Positions 51,654 through 64,000 are shown, counted from the first letter of the stretch. The stretch is DNA of 64,000 nucleotides from Hyaloraphidium curvatum SAG 235-1 (GCA_025558095.1 JAIVFI010000003.1:248001-312000), one strand, 5' to 3'. The notes: generated from the letters alone by a model not told the origin. Made by a program: numbers and translations.

Positions 51654-54600
51654 TCAATGTGGTATCGAGGCGCCTTCCGCACGATCGGGTATGCACTGAA
51701 TGTGACAGAGTTTCCTGGGCTCCCGCATACTCAAGCTCACGAACACCGGCTGAAAAAACGCTTTGCCGCAGACAAAGCAGACTTGCCCTCCTTGGACCAG
51801 AACGTGCGGTGGCATGGAGCGCATGTGCTCGACTTGAGCCGCAGACACCTAGCAGCGCAGTGAACTCGCCGGCTTTCCACGAGCACTACGAATAATGAAC
51901 ATTACCTTGATGTTGTCCACCTTGGACAAAGACTTCACCACTGCTCCCGATTGAGCCAAATGTTGATCGGTTCGCAGTGATCGCTGCAGATATGGGTATG
52001 GGAGTGAGAGATTCCAGTCCCTTGGAAGTCGCGAAAGCACCTAGAGACGATCGTGTCAGTTGGCGAAACTTGGATGGGTGGAAGAGACACACATCCAGAA
52101 CATGCGCGGTGTTCTTGGGGTTGTTGATGAGGCGGACGACCTGATGCGTTCGCGTGCTGCCGGCGGGAGTTGTAAGGCAGAGCGCCGCGGTCGGGCCCGG
52201 GCTGCGCACTTCTCATCCTTGATGCCGAGGTAGAGTCCCAGAAGAACCGCGAATGGATTCGTGCGGGAAGCGCCATATTCGCCGTCGCCCGCGTGGTCCG
52301 CAGCTATGGTCGTGCACAGCTCCTCGGCCCCGACGAAGTCGTCCAGCTCGTGGACCAGAAGCTTCAGGGCCCTCTCGTAATCGCCGCTCTGATGCGATAC
52401 AGTCAGACCACTAGACGAATGGCACGCATTGGCCAACTCGCCTTGGCCATCAGCACGGCTTTCTCCGCGTATAGGTCGCCGATCGCGCCGAGCTTGGCCA
52501 GCAAGATCGGGGTCCTGCAGTGATTGGAGAAGCGCAGGAACTTCAGCAGTCGAGAGCGAGATGAGCTGAGGGGATCCTTTCTAGAAGCCACGAAGTCGAA
52601 GAAGGACACGTTGGTGCCGGATCCCTTGAACTCCTCGTCTGCAGATCCACCTAGGATTATGGCTGCTGCTGCAAAGTAGATGCGAAGAGGTCCTACCAAG
52701 TGACGATATAGCATCGGGTCCGCTAGAAAGCTCCAACAAGTCGTCAAGGTAGAGGAGGGCGAGCTGCGTGTGAAAGCGCTCGTCCTGGCCGTCAGGAAGA
52801 ACGAGGTTGAGGGAGCGACATCTCCATGAACCATAAGAACTCACGGAGCTGTGTACTGTGTGTACAAGCCATTCCAAGTAGGCGATTGGGACGCGCCTCC
52901 CGTAGGGAGCTAGAAACTCAACGACCTTGTCGTGGTCAGATCGCGGGTCATCCAGAGGCAAAGCTCGGAGCATCTTGCGTTGAGAGATGTCAGGAAGGGT
53001 GGATCGGCCGAATACTTTAGTCGCCGATTGCTTCGGTGAAGCGCGCAAGCGCACCTTCAAACCCTCTTCGACGTTACTGTCGAAAGCCAGCTGCGCTTTC
53101 GCCCAGAATTGAGCCGGCTCCTTCACAGCAAGCAAGTGTTCCGCAATGCTCGGCACTCCATGAAAATCGGGGTCCGAGATATCGCCCCTCAACAAACTGC
53201 GCAGCGCGGCAGTTAGGAGCTCGGATGGATACAGCGTTGCCCAAGACGCACCTCTTCCAAATGACCCATGCCTGTTCGGCGTCTCCGGAGCGGTGCAGCA
53301 GGAGCGCCAAGGCGTGATGTTTCTTCCACGTTGCGGATCGTCAGCCTAATGCGCGAAGGCGCCAGGAAAGAACCCACCCCTCTTGCCCTGAACAGCGGCT
53401 CGACTACTGGCAGAATAGCGAGGCCAGGATCGCCCAGCATCGCATAAATGGCCGCTGAATCGGCTTCCAAGTACATAATGAGAAGCGCAGAATCGCAAAT
53501 CTGGATCAAGGTAGAATGTTACGCAAAGCCATCCAGCGGATCGCTCGGAGGCGTACTTGGCACAAAACTGCGCTGGTCTTTGGCAGGCTCTTAAACCAAA
53601 GGATGTAATCCGCCAACATCCGAGTGCCCGCGATCACAAGCTCTTTCGCGAACGACTCCTCGGCGTCCGGGAAAGATTCATTGAGGAAGTTGACAACTGA
53701 AGAAGCCGGTTACCGCGGACCCCATTGGCCGGATCGCGAGGCACTAACCCATCATCTGCAGCGTGCCATAGCGCGAAACCAGAACGTCTCTGTCGTCCAG
53801 CAAGTAATCTCGAAGAATATCGGCCACCTCGGGCAACAGAGGGACCAGGCTGCGAGGGTCCACGACGAGCTGCTTCAGCATGGCGATGGCATCGTCAAAC
53901 ATCGTTTGCGACATCATGTAGAGGCTCATGTCGAGGTATGCGTCGCGGAGCGCGACAACCTGCGAGCAATAATGGCAGTGAGCAGCGATCGGGACCTTGG
54001 CCTCGCTGACGACACTACCGCCTGATCAGGTTCCGAAACACGGTCTCGCAAAACGTACTCGAGCAAGCCCACGGCACGGCTCGACTGACCGGCACGAACA
54101 AGGCGGTTCACCTGCAAACGACGTGTGAGCGCCCGCCTCGCTTGTGAGCAAACTTGCGTTACCTCGTCCTGCAATGCGCGGGGCTTCAACAGCCATACTG
54201 TCGTGCGATTGAAAAGCAGCGCAGCATCTGCTACTCAATCGGCATCAACGGTTTGCTAGCGGCGGTATTCCGCCCACGACAGACCTGAACTGTTGTCGTC
54301 CGGCGAGAACCAACGGACAACACCTCGAACCTCCGAAGACAGGACAATCGTCTGTGCTTCCCGTCCATCGTTGGCTGCATTCACCATAACCGTGTTTCTA
54401 CGGATCAGGGCCAGAATCCAGGGGAACACGAAGACTAAGACACAAATGTGAGCACGCAGTGCAGAAAGGTGGCGTGAAAACGCTGCTACCTATGAACTTC
54501 GGATACGCAGCCCACTGCAGTGTCCCACGAGACGCCGCGTCGCCTGCAGAAGACAGGAAGACCCCAATGCCATCTTGCCTCTGACCTCCGGTTGCGACAA

Positions 54601-55484
54601 GGAACTGGCTCGAATCAGCGACCTGCACCACTGGGTTGCCGGTAATAAAACGATCGTGCGGGAACAAAGGGGTCAAGCGCAGCAAGTCCATGTCCAAGAC
54701 TTTGTATGCTTGGCTGTCCGCGAAACAGATGACTGATCCTATGCGCTTCATGGACCCGATCACGCCCTCGATCGCGACGGACACCTCCTGCAGCAGGACA
54801 AGGTTAATGGAAACAACGCGCTGGTGATTTTTCTTCCGGACCTTGTTCACGACCAATCCCTGGGGCGATAGTTCGGCGTTGCATATGCTACGCCGCTTCG
54901 CGAAGGAAAACCGGCCGACAGCGCCCCCCGGGGAGAGATCCAGGGCAATAGCAGAAACTCCCTTGAAGGCGTTTGGCGTCGAAGACATCGGAGGAGCGAG
55001 CGTCCCGAGCTCCAGAACGTGAAGGGTTGCGTCTGCAGCCCGCGAAAGCCGTCAGCAGAGGTTCCAAGTTCACAAGCTGGGTCAACGACCTGACAGAACC
55101 ACCAGCTTCCGCTGATGCGGAAAGAGAAGCAAATCATCGATCGGTTTGTGACCGACCCCGACCAGCCTTTTGCGGACGAAGGAGGGCCGGCGACCCGTCG
55201 AGGTTGACCCGCGCTCGTAATGAATGACGTGGCCGTCCGAGGTGCCGATGACGATATCACGGTCTTGCAGCCGATCATTTAGATGGAAGATGAGCCGCCG
55301 CACAAGCCATACCGGCAGCCGCTAGTGATTCGATCGCGATCTTCGCCGTCCCGTTTTCGCTGCCTCCGGCCTCGGCCGTCCCATCCTTCCGAAACGGGCG
55401 CCCACCCTGCCAATCCTCCGAGTCCAATGGCGCGTCGCTGATGAGCTCGTAGAGCTCGAAGGGACCGCCATCGTCCGCGTTCAT
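51654..55484 (-). CDS. Vps39/Vps3/TGFBRAP1-family CORVET/HOPS subunit
   Basis: CNH-like N-terminus (IVIGTSDGHVIHY, DGIGVFLSSAGD..RGTLQW), IAYLEWLV..FHTQLALLYL, RSRLLKFL, DFVGAEELC and C-terminal CFVCGK..HIQC. Many introns. Confidence 0.85.
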
Positions 55485-55551
55485 GGCATCGCCGCGACGC
55501 GATCGTGGACGCGGCGCCGCTGGTGAGAGGTCTCATATCTCCGCCGCAATA

Positions 55552-58006
55552 ATGGGCCACAGGGCCTTTAGCGCGCCTGGCCCGTTGACGGCGCTCGCGG
55601 TCAATCCGACGAATGAATTCGCAGTCGTCGGGGGACGCGAAGTGCTCAGGGTCCTGAGCGTCGGGGATGGCGACGAGGACGCGATCCGGGAGACGTTGAA
55701 CCTCCACGTTCCGGAGGGCAACAAGCTATCCGGGTTCGCCCCGACGGACGTCAAATGGAGCTCTCCGAGTGCCGGCAATCTTGTTGCCACGGCATCGACG
55801 GCGGGGGTGGCCATATACGACCTCGGGAGGCCTTCCGCCCAGAAGCTCGATCGCGTCATCTCGGAGCACACCCGGGCCGTGAACCGCGTTCATTTCCACC
55901 CCACGGACTCCTTCTTGCTCCTCAGCGGCTCCCAGGATGGAACCATCAAAGTTGGTCTGCTGGACAAGAAGTCCCGGAGGCGTGCGTTTACCTTCCGGCC
56001 GGGCAGATGTGGGATCTGCGGACGCGGAACGTAGCCAGGGCAACGATCGATCCCAAGTCGGAAGGCGTTCGCGACGTGCAGTTCAATCCGCTGGGCACGT
56101 GGGAGCTGGCGGCGGCGTTCGAAAATGGCTCCGTGCAGGTAGGTTGCCGTTTTGTCTCTTTGCCCTCTCCCCACATCTCTCCAATTCCAAGACATGGGAC
56201 TTGCGCAGGGCCGCAAACTTTGACCGACGGTACAACGCACATAATGGGCTCGCTTTGGCTCTGGATTGGCATTCCAATGGACGCTACCTGGCTACCGGGG
56301 GGCGAGACAAGATGATCAAGGTGGCTCCCGACCCGGGTTCCGGGCCTTAGCATCTCACTGCTCCTATCTCGACCAGGTGTGGGATACATCACACGAGATT
56401 CGCAAGCCGGTCAACTACATCCAGACAATCGCAAGTGTTGCGAGGGTCGCATGGAAGCCGGGAAACAGCTTCGAGATTGCGTCTTGCAGCTTGTCATCGG
56501 ATTTCCGGTACGCCCCGTCGACACGTGCTGGGGACAAGCTGTCTAAGGCGGCCGCAGCGTTTACGTTTGGCACATAGAGCGGCCGTTCATCCCCGACCTC
56601 TGCCTGGAAAGGCACGACAACGTCGTGACAGGTGTGTACGGTTGTGGTTTCGTTGCGTCGGAGCTTTAGCAGCCCTACAGGAATGGTCTGGGGACCGAGA
56701 GACATGCTTTACACCTGCTCCAGAGACCATACCATGGTCGCGCACAGCACGCAAAGAGATGGATACCGGATCCATGACATGGTGTCGGACGCGGCCATGG
56801 CCATCAGCATTGCTGATCTGGCTCTAGTTGCAAGTGACAAGAAGCACGTGGCGACCCCGAGATCTGAAGCAGACCGGCTTTCGACGGACAAATCATCACG
56901 GTCAGTCGTTCACGGACCGTCCACTGCGATTGGCCGTGTGCCAGTGCACTCCAGCAGCATCGGAACCGTAGCCATGGACCGTGTGAGCAACCGGACCTTT
57001 AGCTTCTTGGCGCGGCATTACGTTTGTACCGACGATCCGGTTTCCAAGGCCTGCCAAGTCAATGCAAAGGTCTGCCTATGCCAACAAACTTTGCAGCAAG
57101 GATGTTCACCATGGCTCCCACTACAGATTGCTGAGTATGCTGGCTTGCATCAGACCGCCCAGGTCTGGCTGCTCTTGCACACCTTGGTTGCTCAGGGAGA
57201 TCCTTTGGATTCCATGAGCTACGATGCAAATGGCGCTCGCAAAGTGATTGATGATTGCCTCAAGTTCTATGCTGATCAGGTAGGAGGCGCACGCCTCGGG
57301 GCTCCATTTGCTCATTGGAGGGCTGTACAGGGCAATGTGCAGATGTGTTGCACGATGTTGATGGTCCTTCCTGGGGCACTCACGCTCCCAGAAGCTTCAA
57401 GGGCAGCCCAGAGCTGGTTTATGGCTTACATTGGTAAGTCCTTCACTGCATAGTGTCAATCGGCTCACTTTCCGCTACCAGGTCAGCTGCTTCAATCAGG
57501 GCTCCACACAATTGCGGCCAGCATTGTTGGACATAGCAAGCTGAGCTCTGTGGCAGAACTAAACACGGTTCGGTGGCATGCCTTTGCTACTTGTTCACTT
57601 TCTCAATCTTTTGGCAATGGACAGACCAACACGACCATCTACAATTCCTGCACATGTGGGAAACCTGGAACCGTGCTCAATGGAACTATTTGGCGCTGTG
57701 AAGACCAGGACTGCCGGACCTTGCCTGTGGGGTGCAGCTTCTGGTGCTTACGTGTTGAGCCATTGCTAGGTCATCTATTTACTTCTCGTTCCATAGCCAC
57801 AGACCTGTGAAGGGCCTTATTTCCTGGTGCCAGGGCTGTTTGCATGGTGAGTCATGATGTCCATTCAGCATTGTGTCTTTCCCAACCTCAAATTGCACTC
57901 AGGAGGGCATGCGGACTGCCTTGCAGAGTGGAATGCAGATGAGCTTGGCTTTGACTGCCCTGCATGCGGACATGCATGCTGCAGCACCTTGCTGGCACCA
58001 CTGTGA
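55552..58006 (+). CDS. RTC1: GATOR2/SEA complex WD40-RING protein WDR24/Rtc1 (Sea2)
   Basis: VVGGREVL, EHTRAVN, LLSGSQDGT, EGVRDVQF, AHNGLALALDWH, ATGGRDK, IQTIASVARVAWKP, GNVQMC and C-terminal WCQGCLHGGH..CPACGHAC. An upstream in-frame ATG exists at 55483. Confidence 0.9.
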
Positions 58007-58159
58007 CTCTAGATGGGTGCCCAAACGGGCATTGGGTGCTTTGTCTGTCATGAAATGTTGTCTTCGTCTTGTGATGTTTTCTACCCGTTCTGATACCTGT
58101 TGTGTAAATTCACTGATACCAAAAGTAAAATCACTTTAAGCAGTGGAATGAGAACAAGA

Positions 58160-58297
58160 ACCTCCTCAGTGTGATTGTGGGCTCGAACTCCTTGATGCTC
58201 AGAGCCCAAAGCCAGGTTTCCATGTTCCACTTGCGGCCCAGTGCTTCCAGTCTGGTCCGCAGCTTCTGGCATCGATTTGCTGAACAGTGGAACAGCC
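58160..58297 (-). mobile_element. short diverged fragment of the non-LTR element ORF C-terminus
   Basis: LFHCSAN..QKLRTRLEALGRKWNMETWLWALSIKEFEPTI is paralogous to 59855-59985. Confidence 0.8.
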
Positions 58298-58304
58298 AGT
58301 CATT

Positions 58305-58485
58305 CAAAAGCACCCACAGTGTTGTGTCCGATGCGCAAATCTGCGGCAAGTTCTGGAACCGTGCGTCTCCTGGAGCTGTGTGGCGTGAAAGTGAAAATGT
58401 CAACATCTTTTCACCCACGAACAGATGGACAGTCTGAAATCGTCAACCAGACTCTGGAGTGCCTCAGAGCGTTTGTAAACTACGA
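58305..58485 (+). mobile_element. Ty3/gypsy integrase core fragment
   Basis: VVSD..KFW and GVKVKMSTSFHPRTDGQSEIVNQTLE..LRAFVNY. Confidence 0.8.
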
Positions 58486-58489
58486 AGGC

Positions 58490-60726
58490 TCGCAGTTTGG
58501 ATTCCGTGCACGGAGGTCGACCCTTCATGCAGTATTCCTCGCTGAGGCGCTCTTCTCCCTGGCCAAGGCACGCAAGGAGCAGCTGATCATGGTTTTCGTA
58601 GATTTCACAAAGGCTTTTGACATGGTGGAGCGCCCGAGGTTGTGGAAGAAGCTGGAGGAGATGTACCCAAAAAGGTTGTTGACATGTTCGAGATGGCGTT
58701 TGGGGGGGGTGTGGGGAAGGCTCCGGGATGAGGACGGCACCAAGTCGGACTTCAAGTTCCTAACTGGAGTGAAGCAGGGGAACCCACTCTCATCGCTGTT
58801 CTTCATTTTGTTCATCAATGATATTGCTGCTTTCATGGAGGCCAATGGTGCAAAAGAGATGGATCTGGGCATGGTGTTTGAGGAGAAGGAGGATCAGGAG
58901 AGGATGGTCAGCTTGCTGGCTTTGTTCTTTGCAGACGACACCACTTTGACCTCGAAGACGGTGAAGGATGCTTAGATGCAGCTGGATCTTCTGTCTGCAT
59001 ATGGGCTGGAGATCAACGTCAGCTAAACAGAGTGGATGGCCAGGAGGATACCTCACCGTGTGAAGCTCCTGGGGTACCAGCTCACGTCAACTGGGAGGGA
59101 GGCCAAGATGAACGCCGCAGATAGGCTCTGGCTCCGGTCCGCGACATCAGGGAGCAGCCTGGGATGAGTCCTGACCTCCAGCTCAAGCTCTACAACACGA
59201 AGGTCAAGGCGGTGGGCCAATATGGGATCCCGTTCATTGTGGAGATGCCGAAGTAGGAGTACCTTGCCGGGGAAAGCACCAGGGACAAAGTGACATGCAT
59301 GGCCCTTCGTGCTTTCACTCATCAGCCCAAATCTACCTCCCTGGCGTGTCTGTATGCGGCCAGTACCCTCTTGCAGTTCATGACCATGAGTCGGCTCTCA
59401 AGTTCCTCATGCGCATCAAAACAGCTGACCCTGCATTGTACCTGCTCTACAAGGACTCAAGATCGAGGCACTGAAGGGGTCCTGGAACTGGGCTGCCTTC
59501 CTGAGGGAACTACTTGTATACTATGGCGGCGAAGATGGGAGGGAGATGTGGGAGAAGGACACTTTCTCATGGCCCAAGGAGACTGTGGAGAATCTTGTGA
59601 AGGGCAAGTTCAGGGAGATCAATGCCCAGAGGCTCAAGGACAACGACAAACTGCACTTTTGGAGGATGTGTGACATGACCTTTGGCCACATCGGACCATC
59701 CCTGATCCGGGTGGAGAAGCACCGGAGGGATGTCCAAAAGTTGCTGTGCTCTACCCACGACCTGGAGGTGGAGACAGGCAGGCACCAAGGACTTGAGGTG
59801 CAGCAGAGAACGTGCAAGCATGACCCTGAGCACATTGGAGACGAACAACACTTTCTGTTTCACTGTTCAGCAAATGCAGAGCGGCGCCAGAAGCTGCAGA
59901 CCAGACTGGATACACTGGGCCGCGAGTGGAACATGTTGACCTGGCTCTGGGCTCTTAGCATCAAGGAGTTCGAGCCCACGATCAAAGTGAGGCGGCAAAA
60001 GGAGAAGGCCCTCAACTCCATTGCCAGCTTCATCTCAAAGTCCATGAACGACAGAAAACGGGGAAAATGAAAGAGATGCACGACGGCGATGAACTTTGCA
60101 ATTAGCTAAACGCTGCTGACTGCCCGCCGGTGCGCCTCTTCAAGGAGGGGCCGCGGCGCAAACAACGACATATCCGGGGATTCCGGTCTCTGGACACGTA
60201 AGCGGCCAACACAGGGATGGAGGCAGGAGCCCTACAGCTCTTTGCTCGCCTGCACGGCGACTCCAAAACACACGGGGATGGAGGCAGGAGTCCTACGGCT
60301 CTTTGTTCGCCTACACGGCAAATCCAGCACCTTTTGACCAGAACCAACACTGAACTTTTCAGGACCTAGATGAAGCTGCATGCCTGACATTGTGCCCGCT
60401 GGATGGGAACGAAGGTCCCAAAACCCAAACCGAACCAAACTCCTCATTCTTTCTGGAAGGTTTTTCACCTTCGTGGGAAGGTTTTCCTGCCAGCAAACAA
60501 CACCGGCGGGACTGGAGCATACTGTGGATTCAAGGGAAGGAGGAGGCAGATAGGTCGACATAGCTAAACAAACCAATGGTGGTGTAATAGCGGCCAAGCC
60601 AGGGGCAGGTCCGGGTCACCAATACCATACCCATACCCCACCCAGCAAACTCATGGTGTAACAGCGGCCAAGCCAGGGGCAGGTCCGGGTCACCAATACT
60701 ATTCTATTCTATTCTATCTATTCTAC
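58490..60726 (+). mobile_element. 5'-truncated, degenerate non-LTR retrotransposon (RTE-X-like by its C-terminal motif) with long 3' UTR and (ATTCT)n tail
   Basis: QFGFR..RST, VFVDFTKAFDMV, GVKQGNPLSSLFFILFINDI and LFFADD; stops and frameshifts after 58975; C-terminal HDLEVETGR..RTC..IGDEQHFLFHC; microsatellite tail at ~60698-60725. Confidence 0.88.
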
Positions 60727-61379
60727 TGTTGCTGGGGATGGATGGATGTGTTTGGAGCCGTTGGATCGAGTTGGAGTTGGTCCTGGAGTTGGATGTTGGA
60801 CTTGGATGGATGGGTGGATCTTGGCTAGACAATAACCTAGGAGGGCGGCTCTAGGGAGAGGGGAATAACACAACAAACACCAGGAACACCACCTGCCTCA
60901 TCCGCACCTGTCTCTGGGCGCCTGCGACCAGGGGAACAAAGAGAGCGGTCCAGGCTCCTTGTTCGCGTCGTGCCACTCCTCCTCCTCGTCCTGCGCAAGG
61001 CACCAGTCGCATTCGGCCAGCGCCTTGCAAAGATCCGCGATCGTTTTCTTCGGATCCTCGTCCAGTTCATCCATCCGGGGATGGTACCATCGCCGGTGTT
61101 GAAGAGCTGCGACCCGAGTCCGAACCAGGAGCGCCAATTGGCATGCTCCGGCGCCGACCAGCATGCTGCGCGCAGACGTGGACCGCTGCGCTTCCTTCGG
61201 CGGCATCTCCTGCCGCGTCGGGTTGGAGCTAGATTCGTGGTGTGTGTTGTGGAGCGGCTCGAATCGTCCGCGGCTGTCTCAGAGGGGGGCGCGGTTTATA
61301 CTACAAGGGGTGTTAGACCACTGGACTAAAGAGAAGGTACCACGTCTCTGGCCCAAGTGGTCTGACGTCTAAGAGCATG

Positions 61380-62910
61380 TCACCATAGGGAACCAACAGG
61401 GGGGCGCCTCCTGCACCAAGGGGGGTTCTTTAGGGGGGCGCGCCACGTCCGCAGAGGGGCACATCGCATATTTTTCGGGAAGACAACCACCCAGCTGGAA
61501 GAAGTGGCTGGAAGACAAGCACCCAACTGGAAGACAAAGCTGTTGAAAATGCCACAAAAAGTGAAGGATGCAAAAGGAGCAGAGGAACTGCAGTTTGAAG
61601 TCTTTCCTGATGGAAAATGCAATTGCTTGCACATGGAAGTGAAGCATGGTGCGCCCCACACAGAGAAAATCCCTGGGAAGAAAGGCAAAGGTCAAAAAGC
61701 CAGACAAGCCGGCAGAAGTGAACATGTTTGAGAACATCCACGAGACAAGAGAGTCCGGGATGAAAGAGGAATCAGCTGAACCGCAAGCTTTAGAGTTGCT
61801 GCCCAGAGCTGACACACCCACCACAGAGGTGATGGGATGGGCCACAATGCGACCATTGATGCAGAAAGTAGTGTACACGCGCGTGGCGACGGTAAATCAT
61901 CTTCGACGGCAGGTGACAGAACGGAGCATGAAGCAGGTGATGCTTTGCTGACGGGGATGAAAGCTAAACCTGAGGAGGGCAATTGGGAAAGAGATCCCAG
62001 GAAGTTGGTGCCCGAAAAGTATCATGATTTCCTGAGGTCTTCGAAGCGCAGGACGTGGAGTAGCTTCCCCCTCACCGGCTGGGAGTGGATTTGGAAATCA
62101 ATTTGCTGCCAGGAACAACACCTCCAACTGGAGAATCATTCCCCTGAACGCCAAAGAACTCTCAGATTTGCGAGAATACGTGGACAGCAGAAGAGGGTTC
62201 ATCAGACCGAGTTCTGCTTGCGCTCCCTTTTTCTACGTGAAAAACAACGGCAGGGATCCCAGCCTTATGATCAATTATCAAGGCCTCAATGTGATCACGG
62301 TTCCAGACAACTACAGCCTGCCATTGCTGACGGAGCTATGGACACATTGGACAGAGTTGCCGGAGCAAAGATCTTTACCAAAGTTGATCTAGCAGCAGCC
62401 TACCAAGTCAGAGTTGCAGGAGGCCATGATTGAAAAACTGCATTCAAAACTCGCTACGGAAGCAACGCGTGCATGGTGATGCCACTTGGGCTCAGGGACG
62501 CACCCAGTGCTTTTCAGCGCTACATGAACACGATTTTATCGAGCTCCTGGACGACTGGTTGGTGATCTACTTGGATGACTTGCTGGTGTACAACAAAGAC
62601 CCAAGTAACCACGCAGAGCACGTGAAGAGTGCTGCAGGTGTTGAAGGACAACAACTTGCAGGCCAAGCCACATAAATGCGTCGGGGACGCAACGGAAGTC
62701 ATCTACGCAGGTTTCCTGATCACGGAGAAAGGGTACCAGCCACACCCGAAAATGACAAGGCCATCCTGGATTGGGCGGAACCCAGGAATGTAAAGGAACT
62801 GTCTGAGGACGTTTCTTGGCTTTGCCAGCTACCTGCAAAGACATACACGTGGAAGGGTTTGCAAGGAAAGCAACGCCCCTCTACAAGTTGTTGAAGAAAG
62901 AGCAAGCATG
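61380..62910 (+). mobile_element. degenerate Ty3/gypsy gag-pol fragment (reverse transcriptase)
   Basis: [63 protein letters not shown] and [10 protein letters not shown], with many frameshifts. Left boundary approximate. Confidence 0.85.
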
Positions 62911-64000
62911 AACAGAATAGAATGTGGAAATGGGTATGGTATTGGTGACCCGGACCTGCCCCTGGCTTGGCCGCTATTACACCACCATTGGTTTGTTTAG
63001 CTATGTCGACCTATCTGCCTCCTCCTTCCCTTGAATCCACAGTATGCTCCAGTCCCGCCGGTGTTGTTTGCTGGCAGGAAAACCTTCCCACGAAGGTGAA
63101 AAACCTTCCAGAAAGAATGAGGAGTTTGGTTCGGTTTGGGTTTTGGGACCTTCGTTCCCATCCAGCGGGCACAATGTCAGGCATGCAGCTTCATCTAGGT
63201 CCTGAAAAGTTCAGTGTTGGTTCTGGTCAAAAGGTGCTGGATTTGCCGTGTAGGCGAACAAAGAGCCGTAGGACTCCTGCCTCCATCCCCGTGTGTTTTG
63301 GAGTCGCCGTGCAGGCGAGCAAAGAGCTGTAGGGCTCCTGCCTCCATCCCTGTGTTGGCCGCTTACGTGTCCAGAGACCGGAATCCCCGGATATGTCGTT
63401 GTTTGCGCCGCGGCCCCTCCTTGAAGAGGCGCACCGGCGGGCAGTCAGCAGCGTTTAGCTAATTGCAAAGTTCATCGCCGTCGTGCATCTCTTTCATTTT
63501 CCCCGTTTTCTGTCGTTCATGGACTTTGAGATGAAGCTGGCAATGGAGTTGAGGGCCTTCTCCTTTTGCCGCCTCACTTTGATCGTGGGCTCGAACTCCT
63601 TGATGCTAAGAGCCCAGAGCCAGGTCAACATGTTCCACTCGCGGCCCAGTGTATCCAGTCTGGTCTGCAGCTTCTGGCGCCGCTCTGCATTTGCTGAACA
63701 GTGAAACAGAAAGTGTTGTTCGTCTCCAATGTGCTCAGGGTCATGCTTGCACGTTCTCTGCTGCACCTCAAGTCCTTGGTGCCTGCCTGTCTCCACCTCC
63801 AGGTCGTGGGTAGAGCACAGCAACTTTTGGACATCCCTCCGGTGCTTCTCCACCCGGATCAGGGATGGTCCGATGTGGCCAAAGGTCATGTCACACATCC
63901 TCCAAAAGTGCAGTTTGTCGTTGTCCTTGAGCCTCTGGGCATTGATCTCCCTGAACTTGCCCTTCACAAGATTCTCCACAGTCTCCTTGGGCCATGAGAA
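62911..64000 (-). mobile_element. second copy of the non-LTR element 3' end, inverted; runs off the window
   Basis: 62930-64000 is the reverse complement of 59564-60634, and the ORF-track translations are identical in several frames. It has a different short ATTCT tail. Confidence 0.93.

Noticed and set aside
55436-55465. Hammerhead-like CTGATGA-GCTC-GTA-GAGC
   Set aside because: No GAAA directly after stem II, no stems I or III found, and it lies antisense within a coding exon.
60578-60625. tRNA-like look of GGTGGTGTAATAGCGG...GGTCACCA
   Set aside because: About 45 nt, with no TTC T-loop or anticodon arm; treated as the LINE 3' end.
47211-60726. Short direct repeats at 47211, 60210 and 60580 as CRISPR-like arrays
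   Set aside because: Only two units each, no spacer series, no cas genes, and a eukaryotic context.
60726-61380. Possible LTR/PPT (GGAT/TTGGA-rich tract; AAGGGG-TGTTAG near 61305) and a 102-aa minus-strand ORF
   Set aside because: No second LTR copy, PBS or target-site duplication is visible and the ORF has no recognisable motif; left unannotated.

Overview
Eukaryotic, GC-rich, gene-dense nuclear DNA with many short GT-AG introns (mostly ~45-70 nt). The SPX-ankyrin-GDPD gene PHO81 together with egghead-like GT2, GH26 and TRAF-like genes suggests an early-diverging, chytrid-grade fungus (inference). The housekeeping backbone is PHO81, HAT1, an RBMS-type RRM gene, AAT2, ATP2/ATP16, MCM2, SEC26, PUS1, MET7, GLN4, a shugoshin, a Vps3/Vps39-family gene and WDR24/RTC1. 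Three accessory zones interrupt it. (1) 1-6 kb: an LRR protein with a GxxExxY-like PD-(D/E)xK nuclease domain, an F-box gene and two bacterial-type genes. (2) 16.9-27.7 kb: a MYND gene, then a ~6.8 kb block bounded by ~1 kb inverted repeats; it holds a spliced DUF4395 + class V PLP (MoCo-sulfurase-like) fusion, a RING-TRAF-MATH gene and an SRA-like gene, with a cryptic HMG-box gene in the repeat arm. (3) 58.1-64 kb: decayed non-LTR and Ty3/gypsy retroelements. The best candidates for an undescribed system are the head-to-head egghead-like GT2 + membrane-anchored GH26 pair (putative beta-mannan synthase/hydrolase module), the DUF4395-desulfurase fusion (putative membrane sulfur relay) and the LRR-nuclease fusion. 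CDS coordinates span introns, and exon models were read by eye. Family calls come from motif recognition; no database searches were run.
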